DNA of 64,000 nucleotides from an uncultured delta proteobacterium (GCA_963848295.1 CAWKDB010000010.1:4192001-4256000), one strand, 5' to 3'. Shown: positions 51,020 to 63,061, counted from the stretch's first letter. The notes: generated by a model not told the origin, from the sequence alone. Numbers and translations are program-made.

Positions 51020-51376
51020 TCAGCCTTTCTTCGCGTGACTTGCCTTCGCGTGACGCGCATGCGCATGCGCATGCGCGGGCTCATGTCCGCTCGGCTGAAA
51101 CATCGCGAGCATGCGCTCGGTGACGGCATAGCCACCGGCGGCGTTACCCGCGCCGAGCAGCACCGCAAAGAATCCGATCACCTGCTCCGGCAGCGAGCTG
51201 GCATCCAGCAACGCGAACAAGCCGCCGACGACAACGATACCGTGGACGAAGTTCGACCCCGACATGAGCGGCGTGTGCAGGATTGCAGGCACGCGGCCGA
51301 TGATCACCCAGCCGGTGAACGCGGCGAGCATGAAGATGTAGAGCGCGGCAAACGCGTCATGGATCTCGAAGCTCAT
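51020..51376 (-). CDS. pntA: NAD(P) transhydrogenase alpha part 2
   Basis: VPAILHTPLMSGSN, GGYAVTERML.MF; His-rich tail. Confidence 0.9.
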   Translation of the reverse strand: MSFEIHDAFAALYIFMLAAFTGWVIIGRVPAILHTPLMSGSNFVHGIVVVGGLFALLDASSLPEQVIGFFAVLLGAGNAAGGYAVTERMLAMFQPSGHEPAHAHAHARHAKASHAKKG

Positions 51377-52568
51377 CGCGCGCTCGCGATCTTCTCGCGC
51401 CTGCACCTGCCGCCGCATGCGGCGCGCGCGTTTCGATGTCCGGGGTCGCACCCGGCGTTGCCGCGCCGATGCCGTCCTTGCGCTGCCCGGCGTGGGTCAG
51501 CGCGGTCTTCGCCAGCACCTCGTCGTGCCAGTCGATCTCGATGACGTTATCCTTCATCATCAAGGCGAGCAGGTTGTACTGATTCTTCGCGTACAGCTCG
51601 CTGGCATCTTGCGCGAGCATCGACGGCACGTTGAGCGGCGCGACGATCGTCACCAGCCCCACATGCGTGGTCTCGCCCGGCTTGGTGTCCTCGCAGTTGC
51701 CGCCGCCCTCGGCCGACAGATCGACGATCACCGCGCCGGCCTTCATGCCCGCGACTTGCGCGCTGCTGATGAGCTTCGGCGATGGCCGGCCGGGAATTGC
51801 AGCCGTCGTGATGATCAGGTCGGCCTGCTGGATATGCGTCGTCAACACCGTCGCGACCTTGGCGTGCTCGTCCGGCGTCAGCTCGCGCGCGTACCCGCCC
51901 TTGCCCCGCGCATCGACGCCGGTCTCGACGAACTTCGCGCCGAGTGACAGCGCTTGCTCCTCGGTCTCCGGCCGCACGTCGTAGCCCTCGACCACCGCGC
52001 CGAGCCGATGCGCGGTCGCGATCGCCTCGAGCCCGGCGACGCCGAGGCCCATCACGAGGACCTTCGCCGGCCCGATTGCACCGGCGGCCGTCGTGATCTT
52101 CGGCAGGATGCGCCCGAGATGGATCGCGCCGAGCTGCACCGCGTAGTAGCCGGCGAGCGCCGACTGACTCGATAGCGCATCCATCGCCTGCGCACGCGTG
52201 ATCCGCGGAACGCGCTCCATCGCGAAGCAGGTGATCTTCTTGTCCACCAAGCGCTGGACGAGTGCCGGCTCGCTGTCCGCATAGATGAAGGAGATCAGGA
52301 TCGCGCCCTCCTTCATCGAGTGGACGACCTCCAACGCCGGTGGCTGGACCGCGAGCACGACATCGGCTTCGCTGACTAGCTGACGACGATCGTCCATGAA
52401 CACGACGTTGTCGAACGTCGCGTCCATCAGCTTGATGCCATCGGCCGCGCCGGTCTGCACGTGCAGCTTCGCGCCGAGCTTGATCAGCTTGGCGGCCACG
52501 GAGGGCACGAGCGCCACGCGACGCTCGTGTGGCCGGGTTTCTTTGAGCACAGCGATATTGATGTACAT
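51357..52568 (-). CDS. pntA: NAD(P) transhydrogenase alpha part 1
   Basis: ERRVAL, PRITRAQAMD, GLGVAGL, GGYA, GGNCE. Confidence 0.92.
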   Translation of the reverse strand: MYINIAVLKETRPHERRVALVPSVAAKLIKLGAKLHVQTGAADGIKLMDATFDNVVFMDDRRQLVSEADVVLAVQPPALEVVHSMKEGAILISFIYADSEPALVQRLVDKKITCFAMERVPRITRAQAMDALSSQSALAGYYAVQLGAIHLGRILPKITTAAGAIGPAKVLVMGLGVAGLEAIATAHRLGAVVEGYDVRPETEEQALSLGAKFVETGVDARGKGGYARELTPDEHAKVATVLTTHIQQADLIITTAAIPGRPSPKLISSAQVAGMKAGAVIVDLSAEGGGNCEDTKPGETTHVGLVTIVAPLNVPSMLAQDASELYAKNQYNLLALMMKDNVIEIDWHDEVLAKTALTHAGQRKDGIGAATPGATPDIETRAPHAAAGAGARRSRARDELRDP

Positions 52569-52668
52569 GATCCGAATCCCGATCCCTCCGCGGAGCCTCC
52601 GCGCTACAGCCAGTGTTACGCCGCCGCCGTTGCCCGCCCAGGTAACGCGACGGCCTGGACGGTGGTGC

Positions 52669-54052
52669 TCACGCCGGGGCGTCCATCGACGCGGTCCGCA
52701 CGAGCTTCTTGTTCACGAACTCCTGGATGCCCATGTCACCCAGCTCGCGGCCGTAGCCCGAGTTCTTGATGCCGCCGAACGGCAGTTCGGCGTCGGACCA
52801 CGAGATGTTGTTGATGAACATCATCCCGGTCTCGACCCGGCTCGCCACGCGCTTGCCGCGCGCGATGTCCTTGGTGAACACCGATCCGCCCAGGCCGAAG
52901 TCCGAGTCGTTCGCGAGCGCGATCGCGGCGTCCTCGTCTTTGACACGGAAGAACAGCGCCACTGGGCCGAAGAACTCTTCACGGAACGCCGGATTCTCCG
53001 GCTTGATGTCGGTGAGAATCGTCGGCGACATATACGAGCCGGCGCGATCGACGCGCTTGCCGCCCATGACGCATCTTGGCGCCGTGCTTGACTGCGCCGT
53101 CGACCTGCTTCAGCAAGTCCACCAGCGCGGACTCCGTCGACAACGGCCCCAGCGTGGTCTTCTCGTCCATCGGATCGCCGGCCTTGAGCGCACCGAGCGC
53201 CGCCTTGAACTTCTCGAGAAACTGATCGGCGAGCTTGTCGACGACGATGAAGCGCTTTGCCGCGCAGCAGGTCTGGCCCGCGTTGTACATGCGGCCCCAC
53301 ACGGCCCACTTGACCGTGTGCTCGAGGTCCGCGTCTTCGAGCACGATGAAGGCATCACTGCCGCCGAGCTCCATCGACGACACCTTCAGGTTCTTACCTG
53401 CTCGCGCGGCGATACTCTGGCCGGCCGCGACACTGCCAGTCAAGGCAACGCCCTTGATCCGCGGGTCATCGACAAGCTTCTCTGATTGGCTATGAGAGAT
53501 CGCCAGATTGGTATATAGGCCGGCCGGCGCGCCCGCCTCGATCCACAGCTTCTCGAACTCGATCGCACACTGCGGGACGATGCCGGCGTGCTTGACCATG
53601 ATCACGTTGCCCGCCATCAAATGCGGACCCGCGACGCGTGCGAGCTGGTAGTAGGGGAAGTTCCACGGCTCGACGCAGAAGATGATGCCGATCGGGCTAC
53701 TCTCCATGTGCGCCTCGCCGACGCTCGGATGCAAAGCAACTGGCGCCAAGAACTTCTCCGCGTTCTTTGCGTAGTAGCTCAGGATGTGGCTACTGAACGT
53801 GACCTCGCCGCGGGCCTCGTTGATCCGCTTGCCCATCTCCAGCGTCGCGAGGCGCGCGTACTTGTCGACGTTGGCGGCCATGAGCTCGGCCGCCTTGTTG
53901 ACGATCACGGCGCGCTCGGCGTAGCTCTTCTTGCGCCATTGCACGAACGACGACGCCGCGGTCGCGATCGCCTTCTCGAGCTGCGTATCCGACAGCTCCT
54001 CGAACTTCTTGATCGTCTTGCCGTCGCTCGGATTTACACTTTGGTAGCTCAT
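52669..54052 (-). CDS. NAD-dependent succinate-semialdehyde-type aldehyde dehydrogenase (one frameshift ~53070)
   Basis: PWNFP, LTGS, MELGGSD, NAGQTC, EEFFGP, PFGGIKNSGYGRE. Confidence 0.9.
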
Positions 54053-54113
54053 GGTCAGCCTCTTTCTTGGTTCACGTGAAGCGGGTGAAATGGGTGGATC
54101 TCGCGACGCCTCG

Positions 54114-55151
54114 CTAGGCCTCGATCAGGACCTTGAGCGCGCGCGTGTCGGCGGCGTGGCCGAACGTGTGATAGGCGTCGAGCACCTGATCGAGCTTGAA
54201 GCGATGAGTGACGAGGCGCTTCGGGTCGATCTTGCGCGCGCGCAGCATCTCGAGCAGCACGGGCGTGCTGACCGCATCGACCAAGCGAGTCGTGATCGTG
54301 ATGTTGCGATCCCACAGTCGCTCCATGTGGAGCGTCACCTTGGTGCCGTGCACGCCGATGTTGGCGAGATGCCCGCCGGGCGCGATCAGGCTCGCGCACA
54401 GCTCGAACGTCGCCGGGATCCCGACGGCCTCGATCGCGGTATCGACACCACGCCCCGCGGTCAGCTTCATGACGGCCTCGACCGCCTTGCCATCGCGACT
54501 ATTGATCACCGACGTCGCGCCGAACGTCTTGGCGAGCTCGAGGCGATTGTCGTCCAGGTCGATCATGATGATCTCGGCCGGCGAGTAGAACTGCGCGGTG
54601 AGTAACGCCGCGAGGCCGATCGGACCGGCGCCAACGATCGCCACGACGCCACCCGGCGCGACTCTGCCGTTCAACACGCCGCACTCGAAGCCGGTCGGCA
54701 GGATGTCGCTGAGCATCACCAGCGCTTCTTCATCCGCGCCGTCGGGAATGCGATAGAGGCTCGTGTCGGCGTGCGGAATTCGTACGTATTCGGCCTGCGT
54801 GCCGTCGATGCTGTTGCCGAGAATCCAGCCGCCCGTCGTGCAGTGCGAGAACATCAGCTTCCGGCAGTACACGCACTTGCCGCACGCGCTGATACACGAC
54901 ACCAACACGCGGTCGCCTGGCTTGAACATCGTCATCGCCGGCCCGGCCTGATCGATCACGCCGACGCCCTCGTGGCCGAGGATTCGCCCGGGTTGGCACG
55001 TCGGAACGTCGCCTTTCAGGATGTGCAGGTCGGTGCCGCAGATCGTCGTCTTGGTGATCTTGACGATCGCATCGGTGGGCGCCGCAATCTCCGGTTTCGG
55101 GCGCTGCTCGAGCGCCTTCTTGTCAGTGGCTTGATAGACGAGTGCTTTCAT
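54114..55151 (-). CDS. Zn-dependent alcohol dehydrogenase
   Basis: ICGTDLH, GHEGVG, CGKCVYC...C, LSDILPTG, GAGPIG. Confidence 0.93.
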   Translation of the reverse strand: MKALVYQATDKKALEQRPKPEIAAPTDAIVKITKTTICGTDLHILKGDVPTCQPGRILGHEGVGVIDQAGPAMTMFKPGDRVLVSCISACGKCVYCRKLMFSHCTTGGWILGNSIDGTQAEYVRIPHADTSLYRIPDGADEEALVMLSDILPTGFECGVLNGRVAPGGVVAIVGAGPIGLAALLTAQFYSPAEIIMIDLDDNRLELAKTFGATSVINSRDGKAVEAVMKLTAGRGVDTAIEAVGIPATFELCASLIAPGGHLANIGVHGTKVTLHMERLWDRNITITTRLVDAVSTPVLLEMLRARKIDPKRLVTHRFKLDQVLDAYHTFGHAADTRALKVLIEA

Positions 55152-55185
55152 CGCGTGCTCTCTTTCGTTCCTCGGCTGAAACAGC

Positions 55186-55506
55186 TCATCGCTGAAATGT
55201 GCGGACGTAGTCGACCAGCGCTTTGAGCTGATCGCCCGCGAGCGCCGTGAACCCCGGCATGTCTGCCTTGCCGAGGTGGATCTCTTTGCCGACGTCGGCG
55301 TCGCTCAACGCATTGAGCGTCTTGCCGTCGCTCCAAGCCTTGACGTTGAGGTGCTTGCCCATCGGCGTTTGGCCCGCGCCGTCGGCGCCGTGGCACATCG
55401 CGCACTTGTCCTGGAACACCTTCACCGTCGCGCTGTCATCAGCGACTGCGATGCCGGTAGGCGCCAAGATCGCGAGCGCGATCGTTAATCGGATGCATGT
55501 CTTCAT
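55186..55506 (-). CDS. Periplasmic monoheme cytochrome c (class I)
   Basis: Signal peptide, CAMCHG, distal MP. Confidence 0.88.
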   Translation of the reverse strand: MKTCIRLTIALAILAPTGIAVADDSATVKVFQDKCAMCHGADGAGQTPMGKHLNVKAWSDGKTLNALSDADVGKEIHLGKADMPGFTALAGDQLKALVDYVRTFQR

Positions 55507-55599
55507 GATGATGCTTTCGCAGAGTGATCCGATGGGACGCGAGCGCCTCGTCCCGCGCGAGGACTTCGCCGCGCCCACCGACCGGTCGGACTTCGCGTG

Positions 55600-55803
55600 T
55601 GCATGTGTCGAGCCGAGCATCGAGTGCGGAGATTCAGACGAGAGCGCCACGGAACGCACCCGTATTGGCCGCCGGCGCACGGTGGGCGCGCACGCTCGAT
55701 CGTTCCTGCGGTCAGGTGTTGTCGACGCCCGCGCCGATACTGCAGCGCCGTGTCCGATCGCGCAGCTCCTGCGGCGCACGCGACCTGACACGCACTTTCT
55801 GCG
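55600..55803 (-). promoter_or_regulatory. sigma54 promoter with paired CGCA-N5-TGCG sites
   Basis: CGGCTCGACACATGCA (55615-55600); perfect sites 55761-55773 and 55791-55803. Confidence 0.65.
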
Positions 55804-55829
55804 CACGGCACACCACGCTTGTCGACCGG

Positions 55830-56937
55830 TCACGCGCCAACATCAACGCGCACGGTGTGGTCGGCAAGAAGTCTGCTTGCGTGTCGCGCCAGCATGCGCT
55901 CTTCATCGGTGGCGACGACGCGCACTTCGCACGTGCCGCGGCTGATCAGCGGGGCATCAGCGCGATTACTGCTCTCGTCGATTTCGATCCCGAGGAACTC
56001 GAGACCACGACAGATCTCGAGGCGGACGGCCGCCGCGTGCTCGCCGATGCCGCCGGTGAACACGAGCGTCTCGATGCCGCCGAGGACCGCGGCGAGAGAG
56101 CCGATCGATCTTCTCGCGTGGTAACAGAACACGTCGATCGCGAACGCGGCGCGCGGATCGCTGTCGCGCACCGCGAGCAAGCGCTGGACGTCGGCGGTCG
56201 TGCCCGACAACGCGAGCAGGCCGGCCTCGTGATCGACGAGCTGCGCGAGCGCGCGGCCGTCGTGACCGTGCGCGAGCAGATAGATCAGCACGCCGGGGTC
56301 GAGATCGCCCGAGCGCGTGCCCATCACGAGCCCGCCGGTCGGTGTGAGCCCCATCGTCGTCTCGATCGAGATGCCATCGCGGACCGCGACCATGCTGGCG
56401 CCGTTGCCGAGATGGGCGAACACGGCACGGCGCAACGCGGCCGGGGGGAGCGATGCGGCGAGGAACTCGTACGACAGGCCGTGGAAGCCGTAGCGGCGGA
56501 TGCCCGCGTCGTAGAGCGCCGACGGCAGCGCGAAGCGACGCGCGAGCTCGGGCAGCGTGCGATGGAACGCGGTATCGAAGCAGGCGACCTGCGGCAGCGC
56601 TCCGAACCGCGCGCGGACCGCGGCGATCGCGGCGAGCTCGACCGGCAGGTGCAGCGGCGCGAACGGGAGCGCGCGCTCGAGCGCGGCGAGCAACGCGTCG
56701 TCGACGACCGCGGGCTCGAGGTGATCGGGACCGCCGTGGACGATGCGATGCGCCACCACGGTCGGGCGTTCGCGCCGCGCCGACCGAGCTCGTCGAGCAC
56801 CGCGTGCACGGCTTCGGCGTGATCGACGTGCCCGCCCGCCCCGATCCGATCGATCGCGCCGCGTCCACGAGGCTGTCGTCGGCGAACACCGCGTACTTCA
56901 GCGACGACGAGCCGCAGTTCAACGCGAGCACGTTCAT
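55830..56937 (-). CDS. ackA: Acetate kinase (frameshifted near 5' end)
   Basis: LNCGSSSLK, HRIVHGG, FDTAFH, RYGFHGLS, HLGNGAS, GTRSGD, FTGGIGE, TDEE. Confidence 0.9.
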
Positions 56938-59340
56938 CGCGGGCCAGGTCCAGCTCGCGGATCTCCGGCAGGTCCTCGAGGTGCTCCGCGACGTACGCTG
57001 CGCTGGCGCGCGAGCATCGCGAAGCAGGCGTCGGTCAGCTCCTTGGCGTTCGGCGAGCGGCCGGCGCGCGCGCCGGATCGCGTCGATCGCGAGGTGGTAG
57101 CGGCTGGTCTCGTTGAGCACGACCATGTCGAACGGCGTCGTCGTGGTGCCTTCTTCTTCGTAGCCGCGGACGTGGAACCGCGCCGCGTGGGGACGCGCGT
57201 GCAGGAGCTGATGGATGCGCGCCGGGATAGCCGTGGAACGAGAAGCACGACGTGGGTGTCGCGCGTGAACAGCGCGACGAACACGCTCGTCGGTCATGCC
57301 GTGCGGGTGCTCGCGCGGCGAGAACAGCTTCATCAGATCGACGACGTTGACGACGCGCACGCGCAGCGCGGGCGCGTGCGCGCGCAGCCACGCCGCCGCC
57401 GCGAGCGTCTCGAGCGTCGGCGATGTCGCCGGCGCAGGCGAGCACGACGTCCGGGTCGTCCGTCGGCGCGGTCGCGGCTCGGTGCAGCTCGGCCCACGCC
57501 CACGCCCAGATCGACGCGCCGCGCGCGCAGTGCTCGCGCGCCGCCGCGAGGTCGAGCCACTGCAGCTGCGGCTGCTTGTCGATGATGATCGAGGTTGACG
57601 TAGTTCTTGCTGCGAAGGCAGTGGTCGGCGACCGAGAGCAGGCAGTTCGCGTCGGGCGGCAGGTAGACGCGCGCGACGGTGCCCTTCTTCGACATGATCG
57701 TGTCCATGAAGCCGGGCCCCTGATGGCGAGAAGCCGTTGTGGTCGTTGCGCCAGCACGTCGACGTCAGCAGGTAGTTGAGCGACGGCACCGGCGCGCGCC
57801 ACGGCAGGCCGCCAGTCATCTCGAGCCACTTCGCGTGCTGCGTCGCCATCGACGCGACGATCAGCGCGAACGCCTCGTAGGTCGCGAACACGCCGTGGCG
57901 GCCGGTGAGCACGTAGCCCTCGAGCCAGCCCTGGCAGTTGTGCTCGCTGAGCACCTCCATCACGCGGCCGTCGGGCGAGACGTGGTCGTCGATCGCGATC
58001 GACGGCTCCTGGAAGCAGCGGGTCTCGACCTCGAACACCGCGCCGAGCCGGTTCGAGTTGGTCTCGTCGGGGCAGACCAGCCGGAAACGTCGTCGGGTTC
58101 GCTGACGTAGAGGTCGCGCAGCAGCTCGCCGAGCGCGCGCGTCGACTCGTGGCGCATGGCGCCCGGCGCGGGCACGTCGATCGCGTAGGTCGCGAGCGCG
58201 GGCACGTCGAGCTCGATGCGGAGCCCGCCGCCGTTCGCGTGCGGGTTCGCGCCCATGCGCCGCGCGCCTTTCGGCGCCAACGCGCGCAGCGAGCTCGGAC
58301 GAGCGGCCGTTCGTCGTCGAACAGCGCGCTCGGGCTCGATAGCTGCGCATCCAGGCCTCGAGCATCGCGAGGTGCGCCGGATCCGTGCGCACGCCGGCGA
58401 GCGGCACCTGGTGCGCGCGGAACGTGCCCTCGACGGGCAGGCCGTCGACGACTTTGCGGGCCGGTCCAGCCCTTCGGCGTGCGCAGCACGATCATCGGCC
58501 AGCGCGGCACGCCGCGAGCGCCGCCGGACGCGCGCGGCATGCCTGGATCGACCGGATCCGCTCGACGCACGTATCGAGCGTCGCCGCGAGCGCGCGGTGC
58601 ACCGGCATCGGATCGTGATCGCCTTCGACGAAGTGCACCTCGTAGCCGTGCCCCTCGAGCATGACTGCGGATCGACGTCGTCGGTCGCGCGGCCGAGCAC
58701 CGTCGGGCCGGAGATCTTGTAGCCGTTGAGGTGAAGGATCGGCAGCACCGCGCCGTCGCGCGCGGCGTTGAGGAAGCTTGATGCCCTTCCACGAGCCCTC
58801 GAGCGGCCCGGTCTCGGCCTCGCCGTCACCGACCACCGCGACCGCGACCAGGTTCGGGTTGTCGAACACCGCGCCGAACGCGTGCGTGAGCACGTAGCCG
58901 AGCTCGCCGCCCTCGTGGATCGAGCCGGGCGTGGTGCGGCCCGACGTGGCTCGGGACGCCGCCGGGCGTCGAGAACTGGCGGAACAAGCGCGTCATGCCG
59001 ACCGCGTCTTCAGTCGACCCGCGGATAGATCTCGGAGTACGTGCCTTCGAGATAGACGTTCGCGACGATCGCCGGCCCGCCATGGCCGGGGCCGGCGAGG
59101 AAGATCACGTCGAGATCGTGCCTCTGGATCACGCGATTGAGATGCGCGTAGATCAGGCTGAGCCCCGGCGACGTGCCCCAGTGTCCGAGCAGGCGCGGCT
59201 TGATGTGCTCGGGCCGCAGCGGCTCGCGCAGCAGCGGGTTGCTCGAGCAGGTAGATCTGCCCGACGGTCAGGTAGTTCGCGGCGCGCCAGTAGGCATCGA
59301 GGCCGTGCAGCTCGTCGTCATTGATCGAATTCGTCGTCAT
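56934..59340 (-). CDS. xfp: Phosphoketolase (multiple frameshifts)
   Basis: [62 protein letters not shown] across frames. Confidence 0.9.
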
Positions 59341-59384
59341 CTGATGATCCGCCCTCTCTTTCTTCGCTGTGCGAATCGCGGAGC

Positions 59385-59912
59385 TCAGACGCCGGCGGTC
59401 GCGCCGTGCTCGTCGAGCCAGAGCGCGCCGGTGGTCGCGAGGATGCGCTTCGCCGTGGCGACCTCGTCGAGCGTGCCGTGCGCGACGACGACGAACTGGT
59501 CGGCCTTGAGCGCGGTCTCGTACTTGAGGACGCTGTCCTTGGGAATGCCGATGCTGTAGAGGCCCGCGCCGAGCGCGGACAGCCCGCCGACCACGGCCGC
59601 TTCGCCGAGCGCGCCGACGATCCACCCCACCACCGGCCCGAGCGCCATGATCTGCCCGAAGCCCGGAATCGCGAACAACGCGGAGCCGAGCAGCAAGCCC
59701 CACAAACCACCCCAGAACGCCCCGCGCTTGCCCCAGAACTTCATGCGGTCACCGGCGTTGTAGAAGCCGATGACATGATCTTCGGTGTGATAGTCCTTGC
59801 CGACGATCGACAACTTCTTCATGTCGAATCCGGTGCTCTGGAACGCGCGCAGCGCCGCCTCGGCCTCGGGATGCGTTGCGTATATCGCGACCACGCTGTT
59901 TAGCTTTTCCAT
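59385..59912 (-). CDS. General-stress/DUF1269-like protein (paralog of 5348-5902)
   Basis: [33 protein letters not shown]. Confidence 0.85.
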   Translation of the reverse strand: MEKLNSVVAIYATHPEAEAALRAFQSTGFDMKKLSIVGKDYHTEDHVIGFYNAGDRMKFWGKRGAFWGGLWGLLLGSALFAIPGFGQIMALGPVVGWIVGALGEAAVVGGLSALGAGLYSIGIPKDSVLKYETALKADQFVVVAHGTLDEVATAKRILATTGALWLDEHGATAGV

Positions 59913-59928
59913 TGTGCGAACCGCAACA

Positions 59929-59944
59929 AGCACGATCCGCGCCG
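59929..59944 (-). promoter_or_regulatory. sigma54 promoter
   Basis: CGGCGCGGATCGTGCT; ATG 17 nt downstream. Confidence 0.5.
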
Positions 59945-60156
59945 CCATCAGCTCGAACGGGCGCACATGGCGCGGGGCGACGAGGCCCCTGCTACCGAGT
60001 GTGACGTTGCTGGCTCGCGACCGGCAACTCGCCGTGCGCACGCGCTCACTGTGCCGGAGCGCCCTTCAATTCGCGCCGAATCGCGTTGAGACCGCCCGCA
60101 ATAGGGCGTATTGCGCATGCCCGGTCGGCGTGGCGTGGCGTTGGCGTTGTGACAAC

Positions 60157-61209
60157 ATGTTGTACGAATTCCTTATCGAGAACCGTGCCGAGCTGATCGC
60201 GCGCTGCCGCGCAAAGATCTCGAGCCGGCCGGCGCCGCAGCCCACCGACATCGAGCTCGAACACGGAGTGCCGCTGTTTCTCGATCAGCTCGTCGACACC
60301 CTTCGCGGTGCGCTGACCGCCAACGCTGCAATCGACGATAGCGCCACGAGGCACGGTCACGAGCTGCTCGTGCGCGGCTTTACGATCGCGCAGGTCGTGC
60401 ACGACTACGGCGGCGTCTGTCAGGCGATCACGGAGCTTGCAGGCGAGCGGAACGCTCCGATCGAGCCCGGCGAATTTCAGGTCCTCAACCGTTGCCTCGA
60501 CGAGGCGATCGCAGCCGCGGTCACCGCATATGCAAAGCTACGAGCGCGCGAAGGTACCGAGCGGCTGGGGATGCTAGCTCACGAGCTGCGCAACCGGCTC
60601 AACACCGCCATTTTGTCGTCCGACATGCTGAAGTCTGGCAGCGTCGGTTGGACGGGGAGCACCGGCGCGGTGCTCACGCGCAGTCTGATGGGCCTGAAGA
60701 CGCTCATCGATCGCGAGCTTGCGGACGTGCGCATCTCGTCGGAGAACTGCCAGCTCGGGACGCTGTTGATTCGAGATTTCGTCGCCGACATCGAGGTTGC
60801 GGCCGCGATGGAGGCGACCGCTCGCGGACTCACGCTCTCGGTGGTATCCGTCGCTGACGACGTCGCCGTGAACGCCGACGAGCACATCCTGGCATCGGTC
60901 GTGTCGAATCTGTTGCAGAACGCGTTCAAGTTCACCCGGAAGGGCGGTCACGTCGTCTTGCGCGTGCGCGCGACGGTCGAGCGCGTCCTGATCGATGTCG
61001 AGGATCAGTGCGGAGGGCTGCCGCCGGGAAAGGTCGGCGATCTGTTTCAGCCATTCGAGCAAGGTGGCGCCAATCGCGCAGGCCTGGGGCTCGGGCTGTC
61101 GATCTGCGAACGCGGCGCCCGGATGAATGATGGGAAGCTCCACGTCGTCGACCGCCCTGGCACGGGGTGCGTCTTCACGCTCGATCTGCCTCGCACGCTC
61201 GCGAAGTGA
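60157..61209 (+). CDS. Cytoplasmic histidine kinase with RsbRD_N-like helical domain
   Basis: HG..L..GFTIAQVVHDYG, AHELRN, NLLQNAFKF, DQCGG, GLGLGL. Confidence 0.88.
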   Translation: MLYEFLIENRAELIARCRAKISSRPAPQPTDIELEHGVPLFLDQLVDTLRGALTANAAIDDSATRHGHELLVRGFTIAQVVHDYGGVCQAITELAGERNAPIEPGEFQVLNRCLDEAIAAAVTAYAKLRAREGTERLGMLAHELRNRLNTAILSSDMLKSGSVGWTGSTGAVLTRSLMGLKTLIDRELADVRISSENCQLGTLLIRDFVADIEVAAAMEATARGLTLSVVSVADDVAVNADEHILASVVSNLLQNAFKFTRKGGHVVLRVRATVERVLIDVEDQCGGLPPGKVGDLFQPFEQGGANRAGLGLGLSICERGARMNDGKLHVVDRPGTGCVFTLDLPRTLAK

Positions 61210-61337
61210 GCACCTCGTCAGTCGGGGTCGGCGCCCCCCGGGCGTCTGCTCGCGATCTCGCTGACGCGCGGTCGTCGCGCGATCGATGTTCGGGATATCC
61301 AGCGAGAAGCGTCCGATCCGACATATAAGCTCATGCG

Positions 61338-62610
61338 ATGCTCAAGGACCTGCTCCCGATGGTGCCGGTCGACGCGCTCAACATCGCGCTCGTGCTGGCG
61401 CTGGCGTTCTTCGTCGGCCTCGAGCGCGAGGAGCACAAGCAGCGCGATGCCGGGCTACGCGTTCGGCGGGGTCACGGACCTTTCCGCTGATCGGGCTCGT
61501 CAGCTACGCGCTCGCGCTGATCTGCCGCGCCCGACCTCGTGCCCTGGGTGGTCGGCTTCGCCGTCGTCGGCGGCTTCATGCTGCTGTCCTACTACCACAA
61601 GCTCTCCGCCGAACCGCCGGCCGGGCGTCACCACCGAGATCTCGGCGCTCGCGACGTACGTCGATCGGCGGGCTGGTCCAGCACGAGTACTACTGGATCG
61701 CGACGACCATCGCGCGTCCTCAGCGTGCTGCTGCTCGAGCTCAAGAAGGGGCTCGAGGGGCTCACCAAGCACGTCGCCTCGAACGAGATCATCACGGTCG
61801 CGAAGTTCCTGGTGCTCGCCGTCGTCATCCTGCCGATCGTCCCCGATCGCGAGCTCACGCGCTTCCACCTCAATCCGTTCAAGACGTGGCTCGTCGTCGT
61901 CGCGGTGAGCGGCGTGTCGTTCGCGAGCTACGTCGCTGCAGCGCGTGCTCAAGGGGCGCGGCGGCGTCGTGCTGTCCGCGGTCCTTGGCGGCGCGTATTC
62001 GTCGACGGTGACGACGGTCGTGCTCGCGCGACAGGCCAAGGAGGCGCTGCGGCCGAACCTGTTCGCCGGCAGCATCCTGATCGCCTCCGGCGTGATGTAC
62101 GCTGCGGCTGGTGCTGCTGCTCGCGCTTCTTCAACCGCGGCGCTCGCGGCCGAGCTCGCGCCCGCGTTCGCGGCGCTCGGCGTCGTCGGCGGCGCTGGCC
62201 GGTTGGGTCGTCTCGCGACGGAGCGACGGCGACGCCGCGCCATCGAGCAACGCCGCGAGCCGAAGAACCCGCTCGAGCTCAGGGCGGCGTTCCTGTTCGC
62301 GCTCGTGTTCGTCGTGATCCTGGTGCTGACCAACCTGCGCGCGAGTACCTCGGCCGCGCCGGCCTCTACTCGCTCGCCGCGATCATGGGCGTCACCGACG
62401 TCGATCCGTTCATCCTCGGGCTCGCGCAGGGCGGCGCCGCGCGACGCCGCTCCGACTCGCCGCGGCGGCGATCGTGATCGCCGCGGCGAGCAACAACGTC
62501 ATCAAGGCGATCTACGCGTACAGCTTCGCCGATCGAGCGACCGGGCGGCGAGCCTTCGTCATGCTGGTCGCACTCGCGCTCTCGGGCTCGTTCCGCTCGC
62601 GTGGCTGTGA
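61338..62610 (+). CDS. MgtC/SapB-DUF4010 membrane protein (multiple frameshifts)
   Basis: VGLERE, TFPLIG, GVTTE, NPFKTW, YSST.TT, KNPLEL, GVTDVD across frames. Confidence 0.8.
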
Positions 62611-62611
62611 G

Positions 62612-62878
62612 CTATCCCGGCAACGCGCTCGCCGCGACCGGCGCGACGCTGATCGACGCCCGTGGCGCGACTCGGCCCCACTTGACGCGCGCCCAGATGC
62701 GCTCGTGAGCGTAGTACCCGACGGTCGTGTAGACGTTGCTGACGATCATAAACCCCAACGCGACTTCGACCTTGCGAGTGAAGACGTAGATCGCGAGGAA
62801 GTCGAGGCACACGATACATACGCGGTACGTGACCGCTTTGACGATCGACCGTTTGGTCGTGTCCACGAGGGGCTGCAT
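62612..62878 (-). CDS. DUF2061 membrane protein
   Basis: KRSIVKAVTYR, YYAHERIW.RVKWG. Confidence 0.85.
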   Translation of the reverse strand: MQPLVDTTKRSIVKAVTYRVCIVCLDFLAIYVFTRKVEVALGFMIVSNVYTTVGYYAHERIWARVKWGRVAPRASISVAPVAASALPG

Positions 62879-62890
62879 CGAACAGTCCCT

Positions 62891-63061
62891 TGCAATCATG
62901 GGGCCGCGCATCTCGTCCTTCGCGAAACCGTAGGGGACCGAGCCGCATGATGTGCCGCGGCGGTCGAAAGCGCGCAAGCCGTGCGCGCGACTCGACTCGG
63001 ACCGCGCGGGAGAAGGCGCTCGCACAGATCGGCAGGGAGGCGAGTCGGCGCGTTCCATGCA
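62891..63061. promoter_or_regulatory. Divergent sigma54 promoters sharing paired sites
   Basis: Minus CGGCCCCATGATTGCA (62906-62891); sites 62944-62956 (1 mismatch) and 62973-62985; plus CGGCGCGTTCCATGCA (63046-63061). Confidence 0.7.

Noticed and set aside
51054..51077. (GCGCAT)n microsatellite as a phase-variation tract
   Set aside because: Only about 3 in-frame hexamer units encoding HAHAHA in the PntA2 tail; slippage would not shift the frame
46200..62600. Mass pseudogenisation or programmed frameshifting of ppk2, H+-ATPase, pntB, SSADH, ackA, xfp and the MgtC-like gene (also 8.7-10.3 kb)
   Set aside because: Indels are patchy and mostly single-base insertions, motifs are intact and no consistent slippery sites were seen; typical of low-coverage long-read consensus error. 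Needs a read check.
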